Shown here: positions 25,336 to 41,432 of the stretch, one piece after another | How the letters are laid out: each line of letters begins with the position of its first letter | Position numbering within the stretch: the stretch's first letter is position 1 | Source: the human T2T-CHM13v2.0 reference genome, Homo sapiens | DNA length: 64,000 bases | Direction: 5' to 3' (one strand) | NCBI RefSeq assembly: GCF_009914755.1 | Contig: NC_060934.1 | Translations under genes and position numbers: made by a program | Notes under the pieces: generated by a model | The model's input: only the letters and a program-made list of their open reading frames with translations | What the model was told of the DNA's origin: nothing | The model's database searches: none

Positions 25336-27254
25336 CACTGCCACAAAATTGTTAGATATTAGTATTTGCTGTCACTGAGTCATGTTAGAGTGTAGCCGAC
25401 AGAAAGAAACACCCCATTCCTAGATTCTGTTCACCTTGGCTGATAAAGAATGAGTGAAGTCATCTGAACAAGAGGAACTTAAGATGTTAGTTGCATATTT
25501 CTGAAGTCAATGAATTCCTTAAATAAGAACAGCTCTTCCCCAGTTGTAGAAGGCAGTAGGTTGGATTCTCTGAGTTTTTTTAAACATTTCATTTTACACA
25601 GTGCTCTTTCACTGGCGTGAAGTCTGTCAGAAATAACAGAGATGATGATAGATTTCTGTTGACATATGTTGATTGGATTGTTGTGTGTAAAAACCCGGAA
25701 AGAAATGCACAATCTAAATATTTTTAGTTAAAAGCATTCATGTTTGTTGCAGTGTTGTTGTGGTAAAAACAGCAGGCAAATGTAAAAATAAAATAGTGAC
25801 AATTTGACAAAACCTTATACTTTGCAGCATTTCTAAAGTATTATTTTGGTCGAAATAGAGTTGAAATAATAAAGTCCCATGCTGGAAATGTGGTAAGGTT
25901 GAGTTTATAATAGTTGACATCCACCCATAAGGAAAGAAATTCAGGTTCAATAACCCAGAAGTGTTCATTCCATAAGCCGGAGTCCTGACTGAAGCTCTGT
26001 TGTTCAACCAGGTTGAAGGATGCAGACAGCTCTGGATGTTTGGAGTGGGTCAAGAGTTTGGAAGGCCAGGAGGAAGTCTCATATGACTGGTGTAATCCAA
26101 CACAATTAGAGTAGGAGTTGGAACGGAGTGCTCACACCCTCCAGCAAATATTCTTTGTTAGAGCTGGGGTAGTAGCAGATGGACATGAGACCTGTGCTAT
26201 ATCCAACAGGCAATGCTGCCTAGAACCTGTGGATGGTTGAGAAACACGTGGTGTGGCCATAGCACAAAAGCAAGATGGGAACACACATAGATATTTAGTA
26301 CCAAGGTCAAGGTGAGCTTGGCAAGTGAGGAAGATGTTGGAAATATTTTTATCCTCCTAGCTCAGGGAGCAATCCAGCTCTCTATGGCTCTGTTGGACGA
26401 GGAAGGTGAAAACGATTTGTAGCTCTTTCAAGAGCGGCTGCTCTGTGTGCAGGCCCTCCAGATGTGGCCACTGATTAGCCTGCAGCTGATCCAGCAACCT
26501 CACCGAAGATGGGATCAGCTAAATGCACAACTTCACATTCCAGAGAAAATCAGAGGCAGAAAAAAAGAATGAAAGCTTCCCACTCATTTTTTTTTAACCT
26601 TTCATGTTGTCTCAACATGAGATAATTACAGGAGAATTGAGGTGATTTGTTATTTATAGAAGTATTCATGGTTTTATTCACCGCTCTTGGGACTGAAAGT
26701 ATTATGCCCAAGTGAACAGTCCTTTAAAAACACTCAGCAACAATAACAAGTCTCTCAAGGTTATGCCCTAGCCTGTTTTTTACCCTTTATGTCATTTGTA
26801 ACAACTATGGTCTCTGACATTTAGTTAATTAAATTTGCCCACAGTGTCTGACTTGGTTGTGCAGCTCCTCTAAGAATGTAATTTTTGAAGGTGGCAAGAA
26901 GAATGGTTAACCTTGATGAGTCGGTTAGCCACGGTAGCATGCTATTCAAGATGAGGGGAAAAATTAGAATCCTCGTACAACCTACAAATAAAAAGCCTCT
27001 GGAGAAAGCACAGATGTGGAATACTTATGATCTAGGCGAGGCTTAAAAAACAAGATAGCAAAAGAAATCAAACGCCTGCACAATTGCAAAACGTGCCCTA
27101 TGCCAGTCAGGGATCGCTATTCACATTAGTTTAATGTACCACCTTTTTCTCTGAATAAGTTTTGCATACATGATTTTTAAATTATGGCTGTTTGAAAGAT
27201 TTCCTTTGACTTGTGTTTAAGAAGTGTTCAATTTGTGTTGGAAGTTTTTATAAA

Positions 27255-27590
27255 AAGAAGGTGGTGACCTGCATCGGGGGCCCGTGCAGTTGGTGAGGAC
27301 TGAGATGATCATGGGAAAGGTTTAAATATTGAATAACTAGGATGTCCTGATGGATTGGGAATGCGTAAGGGAACAAGAGAAAATTCATGAATTTTCTGAA
27401 GCCATCAAAGATGTTGGCTTGAACAATTGGAAGAATGGGCGTATCAACAACTGGAATGGGGAGGAGGGTAGGGGCACCGGATTCGAGCAGCAGGGTCTCA
27501 TTTTTGAGCACATTCAGCTTGGGGTATCTAGGACACATCAGAATGAAGAACCAAGCAGGCCGCTGGATATATAAGGATGGACTGGGAAGT
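27255..27590 (-). mobile_element. L2 LINE ORF2 fragment
   Basis: Minus-strand translation PKLNVLKNETLL resembles L2 ORF2 LKLNMSKTELL; GGCTTGAACAATTGGAAGAATGG motif. Confidence 0.7.
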
Positions 27591-27689
27591 CTTTCAATAT
27601 CTGGATGAAAAGCCTGGCTCTTGGTTAAAAACCTATGTGTGGTTTTCAGCCCTAACCCTGTGTGATGACAAAGGTTTTCCTGGAAGACT

Positions 27690-29148
<1,459 letters not shown>

Positions 29149-30848
29149 TCAATCATCTGGATGGCCATCATTGAAAATGACTGATTCCAAATGTGTTTTT
29201 TAGTTTCTATTAACAACTGCATATAAATGATGCGCTAAAATGATCCTTTAAATCTGTCAGCTCTTCAAGGTCAAATCTCGCCCTGAAATTATTTTCTAGT
29301 GTTCAGGGCAATTAATAGATCATTAACAGAACTGTTGCTTAATACATATTTCTTGAATTTTATCATTTATTCTCCTGAAAGAAACATCACCTGACAATCG
29401 TAATTTTGTACAATGAATTTGGAATCTGGTGAGTTATTAAAAATAAATTTTAGATGGGCAATGTTGAGTCCTGGTGTACATGGGGGCAGCTGAGTTGCTG
29501 GAACACAAGAGCCACTGAAGGAAGAGGTGTCCCAGCCAAAGATAGGAGTAGGCGAGAAGCCTCGGTGCAGCCTAAATGTGAGGGGTGAGATGAGCTACCC
29601 AGACCAGCTATGATGCTAATAGGAGATGATGTCTGAATTTTAAATTCCTAGCCCTAGCCAAATATGTTGGCATTTTTAACCAACAGCTTTGAATTGGAAT
29701 CTTACTGGAGAATAAGAATGAGAGGGCATTCACTGTCTGATGCAGAGTGTTGAAGTGGGATTATCACAGAGGGGAAGGTGAAACTCAAGTTAATGAAACT
29801 GCTATGTTGGTTTTTAAAGCAATTAGGAAAGATTTCCATTTCTAGAAATAAGGCAGGGCAAATATTTTGAAAAGAATACCTGCTACAGTTACTCCTTTCT
29901 GTAGATAACGCAACTCAATAAACGTCATCTAAAATTGGAGCAAGAAATGAAATCGGAAGCTGGCATTGCCAGAGGGTAAATGTTTATTACAGGCATTTGA
30001 GATATCTGATATGGAGGAGAAAGGAATGCTAAGCTGTGGGCCTGACTTGAACTGGGCAGGGAGGGAGGAGGTGAATCCATGATTCTTACTTTAATCTGGG
30101 ACATTCAGAATATTTATATCCTTACTGAAAAGATCAACTAGAAATAATCAGTGTTGAGACAAAATGAACCTGAAAAGAAATAAGTTGTCCTTTGCAAGCT
30201 GTGAAAAATTAGTAGTGATAGCAATAGTACAGCTATGTCCTCATAAAGTGTATTTTTTGTTATAGAGCCAATATTTATTCCTGAAAAGGTGAGATTCTGC
30301 ATGAATATGTTGAGGGGCTTTTTCCTATCATTTTAAATGTGAAATTATGATACATTGCATATAAACCTAAACCCCTAATGACTGACGTACAGTATAAATG
30401 AAATTCAATAAACCAGCCATACATAACCAGCAATTATTTTAGGAGATAAGATGCTTAAAATATCTTCTTAATCATTTAAAACATATATTTTGCTAACAAA
30501 CAGTTGCTTGTTGTGCAAGAACATGGTCTCTCAGCATCACCAAAATTCAAGAGACATAATCCTTAGTGGACATTTAACTAGCTTCTCCAAATGTAAAAGC
30601 ATGATTGCAATGTTCGGCCAATTTTATTTTTAATATACCTCAAGATATTTCTCACATTTCATCATGTTAGTAATGTACTGAGTTTAGGAGATGTAAATAT
30701 ATTTTTTCTATAAAACAGGCCAAAATAATTTATTAAGAGGAATTTTTTTCATAAAGTTTTGAAATTAACATAGTGATATTCTACCAATATTATATTCACT
30801 AGGAAGATAATCTGCAAGACATGTTTGTTATATGAATACATAACTTTA

Positions 30849-31163
<315 letters not shown>

Positions 31164-32934
31164 TTAGGACAACTCTGACTTGGGTCAGCAGCTCCAATTT
31201 ATATGATCTACACAGGACCAGCCAGTGGATGATTCCGTGAAACAGAAACCACCACTTTGGGAGTTGAAAGAAGAAATCTAATGTATCCTGCTGTTCTGAA
31301 ACCATCACTTCCTATTGACAGGTTTTTGGATTTAGCTGACGGTAGGTATGGAGTTTTTTTTTTATTTTAATTTGGAATGACATGAAAACGAATACTGTGG
31401 ACTGCATTTTATGTGCTCATTTGCCCCCTGTTTATCCTCCCCAGTGAGGTGTTTGTTCAGAACTTTTGCCCATTTTTAATTGAGTTGTTTGTCTTCTTAT
31501 TGCTCAGTTTGGATTGCTATTTGTATCGTGTGGATTCCAGTCCTTTATCAGATATGTGTTTTACAAATATTTTTCCAGTCAGTGGCTTGTCTTTTCATTC
31601 TCTTGGCAGTGTTTTTACTGAGCAGAAGTTTACGATTTTAGAAAAGGACAGTTTGTCATTTTTTTTCTTTTGTGGATCACGCCTTTGGTGTTGGATCTAG
31701 AAACTCATGACCAAAGCAAGATCTTATGGATACTCTGTTAAGTTTTCTTTTGAATGTTTTATTGTTCTGTATTTTATTTTTAGGCCTATAACACATTTTG
31801 ATATTATTTTGAAATATGAATGTTCTAGTTTTGCATTTTTCTCATATGAACATTCAATTTTCCCAGGACCATTTTGTTGAAAGACGAACCATTCTCTGTT
31901 GAATTACCTGTGCTCTTTGCTCTTTTGTCAAAGAGCTCTTGACTGTGTTAGCGTGATTTACTTCTGGGCTCTGAGTTCTGTTCTGTTGGTCAATTTGTCT
32001 GTTCTTTCACCAATGCCAAGCTGTCTTGATTACTGCAGGTTTACTCTAAGTCTTAAAGTTGGTTGCTTGGTGTTGTTTCTCTGACTTTGTTCTTTTCCTT
32101 CAATATTCTGTTCGCGATTATGGGCCTTTTGATTTTCTATGTAAACTTCAGAATCAGTTTGATGATATCCAAAAAATAACTCACTTGGACTTTGATTGAG
32201 ATTGCACTGAGTCTATCCATCAAATTTGGAAGAACTGACATCTTAACAAAAAATCTTCCTGTCCATGAAAATAGAGTATCTCTCCATTTATTTAGATTTT
32301 CTTTATTGTTTTCTATCAGAGTTTTATAGTTTTTAGATACAGATCTTGTACATAATCCATTCGATTTATACATGTGTATCTCATTTTTCTGCTATTGTAA
32401 TTGATATTGTGATTTTAATTTCAAATTGCAAATGCTCATATTGATGATAGACGGAAGAGCAAGTGACTTATGTATGTTAACCTTGTATCCTATAACATAT
32501 TATATTATTTATTAGACCAGGAATTGTTATTGTTTTGGTCAGTTCTTTGGGAGTTCCTACATAAACCATCGTATAATCTGTGAACAAATACAGTTTAATT
32601 TCTTTTTTACAGTGTGTGTGGCTTTCTTTTCTTGAGGCCCTAGACAGGACGTTCAGTAGGATGTTGAGTAATAACCACAGGAAGAAACCCCTTTGCCTGG
32701 GTCCCCGTCATAAGGGGAAGATGGTCCATTTCTCAGCTCCTGATGCGATGCTGGCTGTAGGTGTTTGTAGCTGTTCTTCATCAAGTTGATGAAGTATCCC
32801 TCTGTTTCTAGTTGGCTCAGAGTTGTTTCATTCAGGGTGTTGAATTTTGTCAAATGCTTTTTCTGCATTTATTGGTATGACTGTATAGTTATTCTTATTT
32901 AGCCTGTTGGTGTGGTGGATTACAATAAGTGAGG

Positions 32935-33258
32935 TTTTTTGTTTCATTGTTTGTTTGTTTTTGAGCCAGAGTCTTACTCTGTCTCCTAGGCTGGAGTGCA
33001 GTGGTGTGATCTCAGCTCACTGCAACTTCTGCCCCCTGGGCCCAAGCAATTCTCCCACATCGACCTTCCCACATCAGCCTCCAGAGTAACTAGGGCTACA
33101 GACACATATCACAGCACCCGGCTAATTTTTTTTTTTTTTTCTAGAGACTGGATTTCCCCATGTTGCCCAGGCTGGCCTTGTACTCCTGGCCTCAAGCGAT
33201 CTTCCTGCCTTGGCCTCCCAAAGTGCTGGGATTACAGGTGTGAGCCACTGCGTAAGCC
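32935..33258 (-). mobile_element. AluJ-type SINE nested in L1
   Basis: Alu body; flanks ACAATAAGTGAG / ACATTAAGTGAG. Confidence 0.93.
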
Positions 33259-34873
33259 ACATTAAGTGAGTCTTAAGTGTGGAATGTGCCTGCATATGTG
33301 GAAAAGAGTCTCACTTGGTTGTGGTTTGTAATTCATTTTATTTATTGTTGGGTTTTATTTGCTGTCACTGTGTTTGAGGACTTTCATACCTATGTTCATA
33401 ATAGATTTTGGTTTGTATTTTTCCTCACTTTCAACCTCTTTACCTGGTTTTCACTTTTGAGTAATGCTGGACTCATGAAATTAGTTAGGACGTGTTCTTC
33501 AGTTCCTATTTTTTGGAACATATCATAGAGAATTGGTATCATTTTTTCTTAAACATGTGGTAGTGTTCTGTTTTGGAAAGTTATTGCTTATTGATTCAAT
33601 TTCTGAAATAGATATAGTCTCATTCATTTTATTCAGTTCTCCTTGTGTGAGTTTTGGCAGTTTGCCTTTTTTTTAGGAATTGATCCATTTTATTTGTTGC
33701 TAAATTTGTGGGCATACGGCGATTCATAATATTCCTTTATTTCCTTTTATTGTTCATTCGTAGTAATGTCCCTTCTTTCATTCTGGCATTTGTAATTTGA
33801 GTATTTTTTTTTCTTTTACTTGGTTAGCCAGGTTAGAAGTATATCATTTTAAAAATCATTTCAGAGAACCTGCTTTTGGTTTTCTTAATTTTTGCTATTA
33901 ATTTCCTGGCTTCAGTTTCATTGATTTCTAATCTGATTTTTATTTTTTTCTTTTCTTCTCGTTATTTTAAGCTTTAATTGTTTTTTCTCTAGTTTCTTGA
34001 AGTGCAAGCTTAGATTTCAGATCTTTTTGTTTCTAATCATGCTTTTCTAATACATGTATTTCTTTGTAGGTATCACTTTACCTTATCCCATAAAATTTGA
34101 TTAGAAAGTTGTGTTTTGACTTTTATTTAGTTCAAAATGTTTTTAAAACTTTCCTCAGACTTTTTTTTGACACATGCATCAGTGAGAAATATGCTTTTTA
34201 ATTTTGAACTGGTGGGGGTGGTTCAAGTATCTTGTTGTTATTGATTTATAGTGTAATTTCATTGTGGTCTGAGAATGCATTTTGTCTGTTTTCTTTCTGC
34301 AAGTTTGCTAAGGTGTGTCTCATCACCCAAAATGTGCATAGTCTTGGTAAATGTTCCAGGTGACCTTGAGAAGAATGTATTTTCTGCTATTTGTTGAGTG
34401 GAGTGTTCTATCTTCTGCCTAGAAGTGTCATATAGGTCAAGTTAATCCCCATTGTTGTTCAGATTAACTATATTTCTATTAATGTTCTGCTTGTTAGATC
34501 CACCAAGTCCTGAAAAGCAGGCATTGAAGTCTCCAGCTGTAACTGGTTATTTTTTGTTTCTCCTTGCAGTTCTACTAGGTTGCCTGTTTTATGATACTTT
34601 GTTGTTAAAGACATGCTTGTTAAAGATTGTTATATCTTCTTGGAGAATTAACCACTTTATTACTCTGTAATGTCCATCTTTGTCCCTGATAATTTTCCTT
34701 GCTCTGAAGTCTGTTTTGAATGGAATTACTAAAGTTGTTTGAGCTTTGTTTTGATTATTGTTAGCATTGCTATATCTTTCTTCATCCCTTTAATTTTAAT
34801 GTGTTAGTGTCTTTATGTTTAAATTGAGTTTCCTATAGAAAACTATCCTTTTGTTGTTGTTTAAAATCCATTT

Positions 34874-35204
34874 TCCTTTGTAGGGACATGGATGAAACTG
34901 GAAACCATCATTCTCAGCAAACTATCGCAAGGACAAAAAACCAAACACTGCATGTTCTCACTCATAGGTGGGAATCGAACAATGAGAACACATGGACACA
35001 GGAAGGGGAACATCACACACCGGGAACTGTTGTGGGGTGGGGGGAGGGGGGAGGGACAGCATTAGGAGATATACCTAATGTTAAATGACGAGTTAATGGG
35101 TGCAGCACACCAACATGGCACATGTATACATATGTAACTAACCTGCACATTGTGCACATGTACCCTAAAACTTAAAGTATAATAATAATAAAATTAAAAA
35201 AAAA
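34874..35204 (+). mobile_element. 5'-truncated young L1PA (PA2-PA4-like) 3' end nested in the old L1
   Basis: TCCTTTGTAGGGACATGGATGAA...ACTATCGCAAGGACAAAAAACC...G-rich tract...GTACCCTAAAACTTAAAGTATAATAA + A-rich tail. Confidence 0.95.
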
Positions 35205-37899
35205 TCATTGCCTTTAATTGGTATAGTTAGAACATTTACATTTAAAGCAAATATTTATGGCACTGCATTAATATTAATATCAATCATGATTTTATTATTT
35301 TGTATTTATTGCACTTACTCGTTTTTTCTTCCTCTTCATTTTTTCATTCTCTGATTTAAATTTTGCATACAATTTAATATTATTTCTTCTCTTAAGAAAT
35401 AAACTCTGCTTTCTAAAGAAGAAAATATCGATTATCTTAGAGTTTGTAATATACATTTATAGGAATCTGGGTCCACTTTCAGATGGCTCCTTAAAAGGGA
35501 ATATTTCCAACTCTTGCTTCTGTTTCTTTATAAATTTGCTGTGATTTAATTCACTTATCTGTATGCTGTAATCAAACAATACATTGTTACTCTTATTACT
35601 GTGAACAAAAAATTAAATAGTAGATAAAGTAAGAATTATATACATTTAGTTTCATGCCTTGATCACTTTCTTTAGCTCTGAAGAACTTTCAGCATTTCTC
35701 ACAGGGCTGGGCTTCTTGCAACTAATATCCTTAGCTTTTATCTGAAAAGGTCTTCAGTTCTCTTCCAATTCTGAAGGACAATTTCTCTGGATATAGAACT
35801 CTGGGTCAGTGGTGTCCTTCTTTCAACACTTAAATACTTCATTTAACTCTTCTAGCTTACATAGAATCTGTGAAGACATCTGGTGGGATTGTTATTCTTT
35901 TCGTTTATGGATGAGGCATTTTTTTTCTTTTTTTCTTTGGCTACTTTCCAGATTTTTCTGTTGGGCTGTAGTTTTGGGGTGACTTGAATACTTTATGCCC
36001 ACCTGTAGCCTTTTTTGTTTGTTTTTCATTTGGCTTGGTGTCCTCTAAACTTCCTGAATCTCTGTTTTTGTGTCTGTCATAGATTTTTTAAAAATTCTTG
36101 CTCATTTTACTGCAGATATTTCTTCTACTCCTCTCTCTTATTTTTTTATCTTCCTTCTGGTATTTTAAATATCCATATATTGTATCTTTTGAGATTGCCC
36201 TACAGTTTTTGAAAATTTTGTTCTGTTTTATTTTCCTCTTTTTGTTTCAGAAGTTTCTATTGATGTTTCTCCAAGCTTGTTGATCTTTGTCTTGGTCATG
36301 TCTAGCTAATTATAAGCCCATAAAAGGCATTCTGTATTTCTGTTTTGGTGTTTTCATTTCTAGCATTTTATTTTGATCCCTTTTTAGAACTTTTGTCTCT
36401 CTGCTTACATGACACACAAGTCCTTACATGACATTTACTTCTTCCATTTGAACCCATAATGTACCAATCACAGTTATTTTAAGTGTCCAGTCTCATAATT
36501 CCCAAATCTGTGTTCTGTCTGAGTCTGGATGTGAGGCTTGTTTTGTCTCTTCAGATTATGGAGGATCCTTGCCTTCAGGATGCCTCATGGTTTTTTGTTC
36601 ATATCTGGGCAATATGGGATTACGTAATAGAAACTAAGCTTCAGTGTGAAGTGTGACGTGGATCTACTGCAAACTGGGCTGTGCTTAATGTTTTCTGTAG
36701 CTGTAGGTTTCAGGGCTTCCAACTCCTCTCTAATGTACAGGTTTCTGTCTCTCTTACTGTCTTTGTGTTTCCCTACAAACTCCTTCTCAAATAGAGTTTG
36801 AGCTGTGCAGCTGTTTCAGCTGTGACCTGCTGTTATTTCATCAGAACCTAGTGCGGTGGCAAGGATGGTGGGGAGACGATGTGTTCTATCCTCTTATGAT
36901 CAAATCCAAGTCTGTAGTGGGCCTGTGTCCCCGGCTGATACCTGCTCAGGTGTCTCCTGGCTTTCTTAGGTAAGAGAGGGACGCTGGAGGAGGGGCTGGG
37001 AATTGGCTGCTGGAGGAGGAGAACTGCCCTTCCGTCTGGGCAGGAAGGCACTGGCCAAGCATTTCCTCTGGGGAGCAGGTCTGTGTTCAACACAGCAGCT
37101 TTCTTCTTCCTCCTCGCAGAGACGTGAGGTGATTTGTTTGACTGTCCGCTATGAAAATCTAGTGGGGTTCCAGGGTGCAAACACACAGAAGTGTGGGGTC
37201 CTTCTAAGACTGCAGCCCCACGCGCTCCTCATTTTTGTGTCAGTCCATGACCCACCTCAAGAAATTTGTCATAAAACATCCACGCATTCTGGCAAATTTG
37301 TGGCTCTGTGGCTCTGGCTTCAGGTCAGCTGCCGTGGCCTGTCCCTCCAGATCCAGGGTAGCCCCCTGTCCTTTTGGGGGTTCTGGAATGGGCAACAATG
37401 TTCAATAGGTTTAGTTTTTCTCTTGGGTTCAGGATAGGAGTGACAGCCTTCCAGTCCATGTCAGAGCTGAGAGCAGAAATCCTCCGCCAGTTTTACAGCT
37501 TATTCTTGGCATGACAGCATGACCCAAGTTCACTTTTAGTTTCTCCAGTGCAGCCCTGAATTCCACCCTTTCTCCAGGCATTCTGAGTCCTCTTATTGAG
37601 GCAACCAATAGAGGCAAAAAGCCAGGATCTTGGAAAGAGGTGTGCTCATTGTTGCTGGTCTGCCATGATTCCAGGCCATTCCAGTGGGTGGAGTTAGAGA
37701 GCAAAAGTGTGCATGCGACTCCACATAGACACACAGGTGCACAGGTATTTCTGTCTTTAAATAGCCAAAATAAATATATAAGCATAAATATATGTGGACA
37801 TATAAATATTGACATACATATATTTGCTGAGGCTTATAGGTAAAATACATTATTTACATATAATATGTAAGGTGTATTATTATATGTAATATATAATTT

Positions 37900-38690
37900 T
37901 TAACTATGAGTTTGTACTGATTTCTCCTATTTCAATCCAAAACCACAGGATTCATCTAGGGATCACCTTCCTCTCTGTGAATTGACTCTAAGCTTGGTGA
38001 CTTCCACCGTTACTCACCTGCTCAACCCAAGTTTATGCTAGAGTAGTTTCAAAACTAATTTTACTGATTAGCAAATAGTGTTTGCACATATTTCTTTTTG
38101 TATTTAGCTTCATTCTTTTTGTCTTTAGCTTTTTTGCTTCAATTATTTTAGTCTTTAGCTTTTTGTCTTTAGTATTCAGTCAAAATATTGTTTTCCAACA
38201 TTGCATTCTTTCTTTTCTACCTCGAGAGTTGGTTCTGCTTTTCACCAGTAATTCATTCATTATAGTTTTAATTCAATGTTGGAATTCCTCATAGCCTTGT
38301 TGAGTTTTGATCAAATTATATACAGTAAAATTTATTCACCTTGGAATATAGTTCTATGGGTATTGATAATTATATAAAGTCACGAATTTCCCACTATAAT
38401 CGAGAAATGGAAAAATTCCATCGTTTAAAAATTTTATCATGCTGACCTTTGCAATAAACCCCTTCTCCATTTGTCTCATTTAGATTTCACCAGCGGAAGC
38501 GCGTGTGTAGCTTTTGGCGATGACTTCTTTTGCTCAGCAAGACGCACTTGTTTTATCTTATGATGCTGCATGAATCGATAGTTCATATATTTTTTGCTGA
38601 TGGGCATTGTGTTGTGTGCAAGGGCTGTGGATAGTTTATCCATTTACTTGTGGAAGGATAGCTTGTTTGTTTTCATTTGAGAGCTGTGTG
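37900..38690 (-). mobile_element. Old L1MC-type 3' end fragments
   Basis: TATGAGTTTGTACTGATTTCTCC...AAACCACAGGATTCATCTAG and TACAGTAAAATTTATTCACC...GTTTATCCATTTACTTGTGGAAGGA. Confidence 0.55.
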
Positions 38691-39939
38691 TGTGTGTTTT
38701 TATCAGTATAAAATACTGTGTACTCTCCTAATGAATTTGGAAAAAAATAGCAGTTGGGTAATTTTTTTAAGACAATGAAGAACTGAAAGTTCTGACTGAA
38801 CGTATTGAATGCCACAGGAATGGCTGAGGGAGAAACGAAAACAAGCTATTTTCCGCGCCCCCCTGTGAAAGGCAGGTCCCCACTCATGCCCATGACATCT
38901 CGCACTCACGTGACTGAGTTTTCCTTTCTCGCCACCTCACTCGAGCCCAGCTGAGTTCACGGGACTCCTTGGGCCCCCGCGTTTCCTGACCTGTCTTCCC
39001 GGGCTTCCTCCCTCCGCGCTCTCTGCCGGGCCACCATGTCCCACTCCTGCATGTGAGGGATCTGCTCAGACATCAGCATATAGATCGGCCTTTCATGACT
39101 ACACTCGGGAAAACATCTGCGTCTACCCCGGCCTGGCCTGTGTGTTTTCTCCGCAGCACGGCTCTCCACGCGTGATGTGACATGAGGGCACCCGTGACCC
39201 CACATGCGACAGGGTTGTCCACTGTGGAATGTAAGTCCCGTGAGGGAAAGGACTTGTATTCATTTTTATTGTTATTTGCTCTGTTTTTTTTTTTAAATAC
39301 TCCAAGCTTAGAACTTTAAGTAGTATCTGCCAGACAGTTGTTGAATGAATGGACAAACCAAGAATTGATTTGCTCAGTTCCAAGACTCAGGGAGATTTGT
39401 GGGATGACTATTACGAAATTACCAGGAGCGGGTAATTTTCTGGCGTTTATAAATGATTTGGGAGCATATAAATTTATATAAAAGTTTTTAATTCACTTTA
39501 AAATAATAGGAATAATGCATAAAAGGAGATAATTCACATAGAGCAAGTAAAAATGATCTTTAAACATGTAAAATATATGCAACCTCATTAACAAGTGGTA
39601 ATTTGAAACAGAAGATCCCTTTTTTAACCTAACAAATGGACAGATATTTGAATAAATTAACTATGTTATTTCTTCTTTAAAAATAATCTTCATGTGGAAC
39701 AGATTTTGCTACGCTGTCCTTTTTACAGGAATGTCAGTCAAACCCCAGTAGAGTTTTCTTCATTTTTCTTATTTTTTGCGTACTTACAGATTTCTTCAAC
39801 CCTTTTTGGAATTGTTTGGGGTATTTCCTTTCTCTCCATTCACTCACGTCTTCATTTAACAAATGAAGCTCGAATATAGGATGACAGCGTAATTGGCCAC
39901 AGGAAAAAGTTAGGTGGGTTTTTAAAATGCAGATAATCC

Positions 39940-40440
39940 AGTATCAACGCGGGGCGGACTGGAGACCCAGGAAACGCCTGAAAGGAGGGCCGTGCAGGAC
40001 GAAGCCCCCAGGACACCCGAGGAGACCCGGCCGCGCGCCGCGTGGGGCTTGGGAGCCTCCGAGGGGCCATGCCCAGCCTGGAATAACCATTTCGGTTTTT
40101 GCTAGATGGCTGCGGAGACAATGGATGAATGACAGAAATAAAACAAGTAAAGGAAAACCCAGCCATGCGAGAGGCTGCTGTCGGAACCTGGCGAGCAGGA
40201 CGTGGCTGCTGCTGGAGAGGAGCCGAGGGTGACGGCTCGGTGTGGGGTGGACACTGGTCCAGGGCCAGCTCCTGAAGTGCAGCAAAGTCTAAGGCTCCTT
40301 AAGGATGAAGAGGGCACCCACCGGACAGAAAGATGGGTTCAGGGGAGTAGATCTTTAATGAGCGCTGGACGTGCGGTGGGGAATGCTGGGTTCCTTAGAG
40401 CTGCAGGGCCTGCGTGTCAGCGGGAGCTCTGCAAAGAACT
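39940..40440. promoter_or_regulatory. Small CpG-rich island (candidate regulatory element)
   Basis: CCCGGCCGCGCGCCGCGTGG and GC box GGGGCGGAC within AT-rich flanks. Confidence 0.45.
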
Positions 40441-41429
40441 CACAGGTGGTGTTGGGAGCCAAGGAAGCACTCTCCTCCCTCTAAGGTCCACGGATGTAGG
40501 CCTGGGAGACAGCAAGCATGAAGACTGAAATGCGCTTTGGGGGAAGACGTGTGTATACTCCGGGGGAAAGAGTTCAAGTTAAGGAACAAAATAGAGAAAA
40601 TATTTTGTTAAAAAAATAAGATTGTAGGAATTTTTAGGGTTTCCAAAGCTGCAAAAACACAGGATGGAAGGTCCATCAAGAAGAAACCTAAAACAGCACA
40701 GAGAGGAATGCAGGAGGCTTCAGAATGCCCGTGGGGTAAATGGAAAGAGTGAGTGTGTATGTATGTCTGTGTGCATACGTGTGTGCATATGTGTGCGTGT
40801 GTGTGCATACATGTGTACATATGTGTGCACTTAGTGAACACAGCATGGATAGGAAGCTTGGAGAAATTCTTTGAAATTTGGGCACAGTATAGGAGACAGG
40901 ACTCATTCGGCCTGCTTCCTGGATGAATCTGAACAGTTTTGGGGATAATTCTCTGGAAGAGGTCAATCAAGGATGTTGGTGTTTTGGAAGACATTCAGCT
41001 CCCTTGTCATTGGCTTGAGGGTTGTTGATGCTCCTTCTAACAGCTCCTGAGCAAAGGTGCTGGGGCGCATGGTGGAGGACGCAGCACAGCGAAGAAACTC
41101 ACTTTACTCAGGGTCGGAGCCCCTGGCGCTGTTCCCAGGGATCTGTGAGGTGCTGAGAGCAGAGGAATCTACTTCTAGGTCAGCAGAGAGGAGTTAAAGT
41201 GACGACCTTAAGTAGCAAGGGCTCACAGTGAAGAATAGAGCTAAAATCCAGTTGCCTCTTTCAGCATTTCATTTAGAAACATTCCCCCCAAAATAGTGTT
41301 TATTCTCTCCTGTTGTCATATAGTGAGAAGCAGATGTCTGGGAAAATGGAATGCAAGGAAATTAGCTTTGATATAGGAAAAGAGGAGTTGAGAGCTGTAT
41401 TTTTTTTCTTCTAGGCCTAGATAGAGCAG

Positions 41430-41432
<3 letters not shown>

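Larger units (their letters stand above)
31315..37480 (-). mobile_element. Old L1 (L1MC/MD-like), ~6 kb antisense with ORF2, ORF1 and 5' remnants; contains nested insertions
   Basis: Minus ORF 32137-32373 NYKTLIENNKENLNKWRDTLFSWTGR...KMSVLP is L1 ORF2; 32653-32868 is the frameshifted DAEKAFDKIQH region; T-rich antisense L1 texture throughout. Confidence 0.85.
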
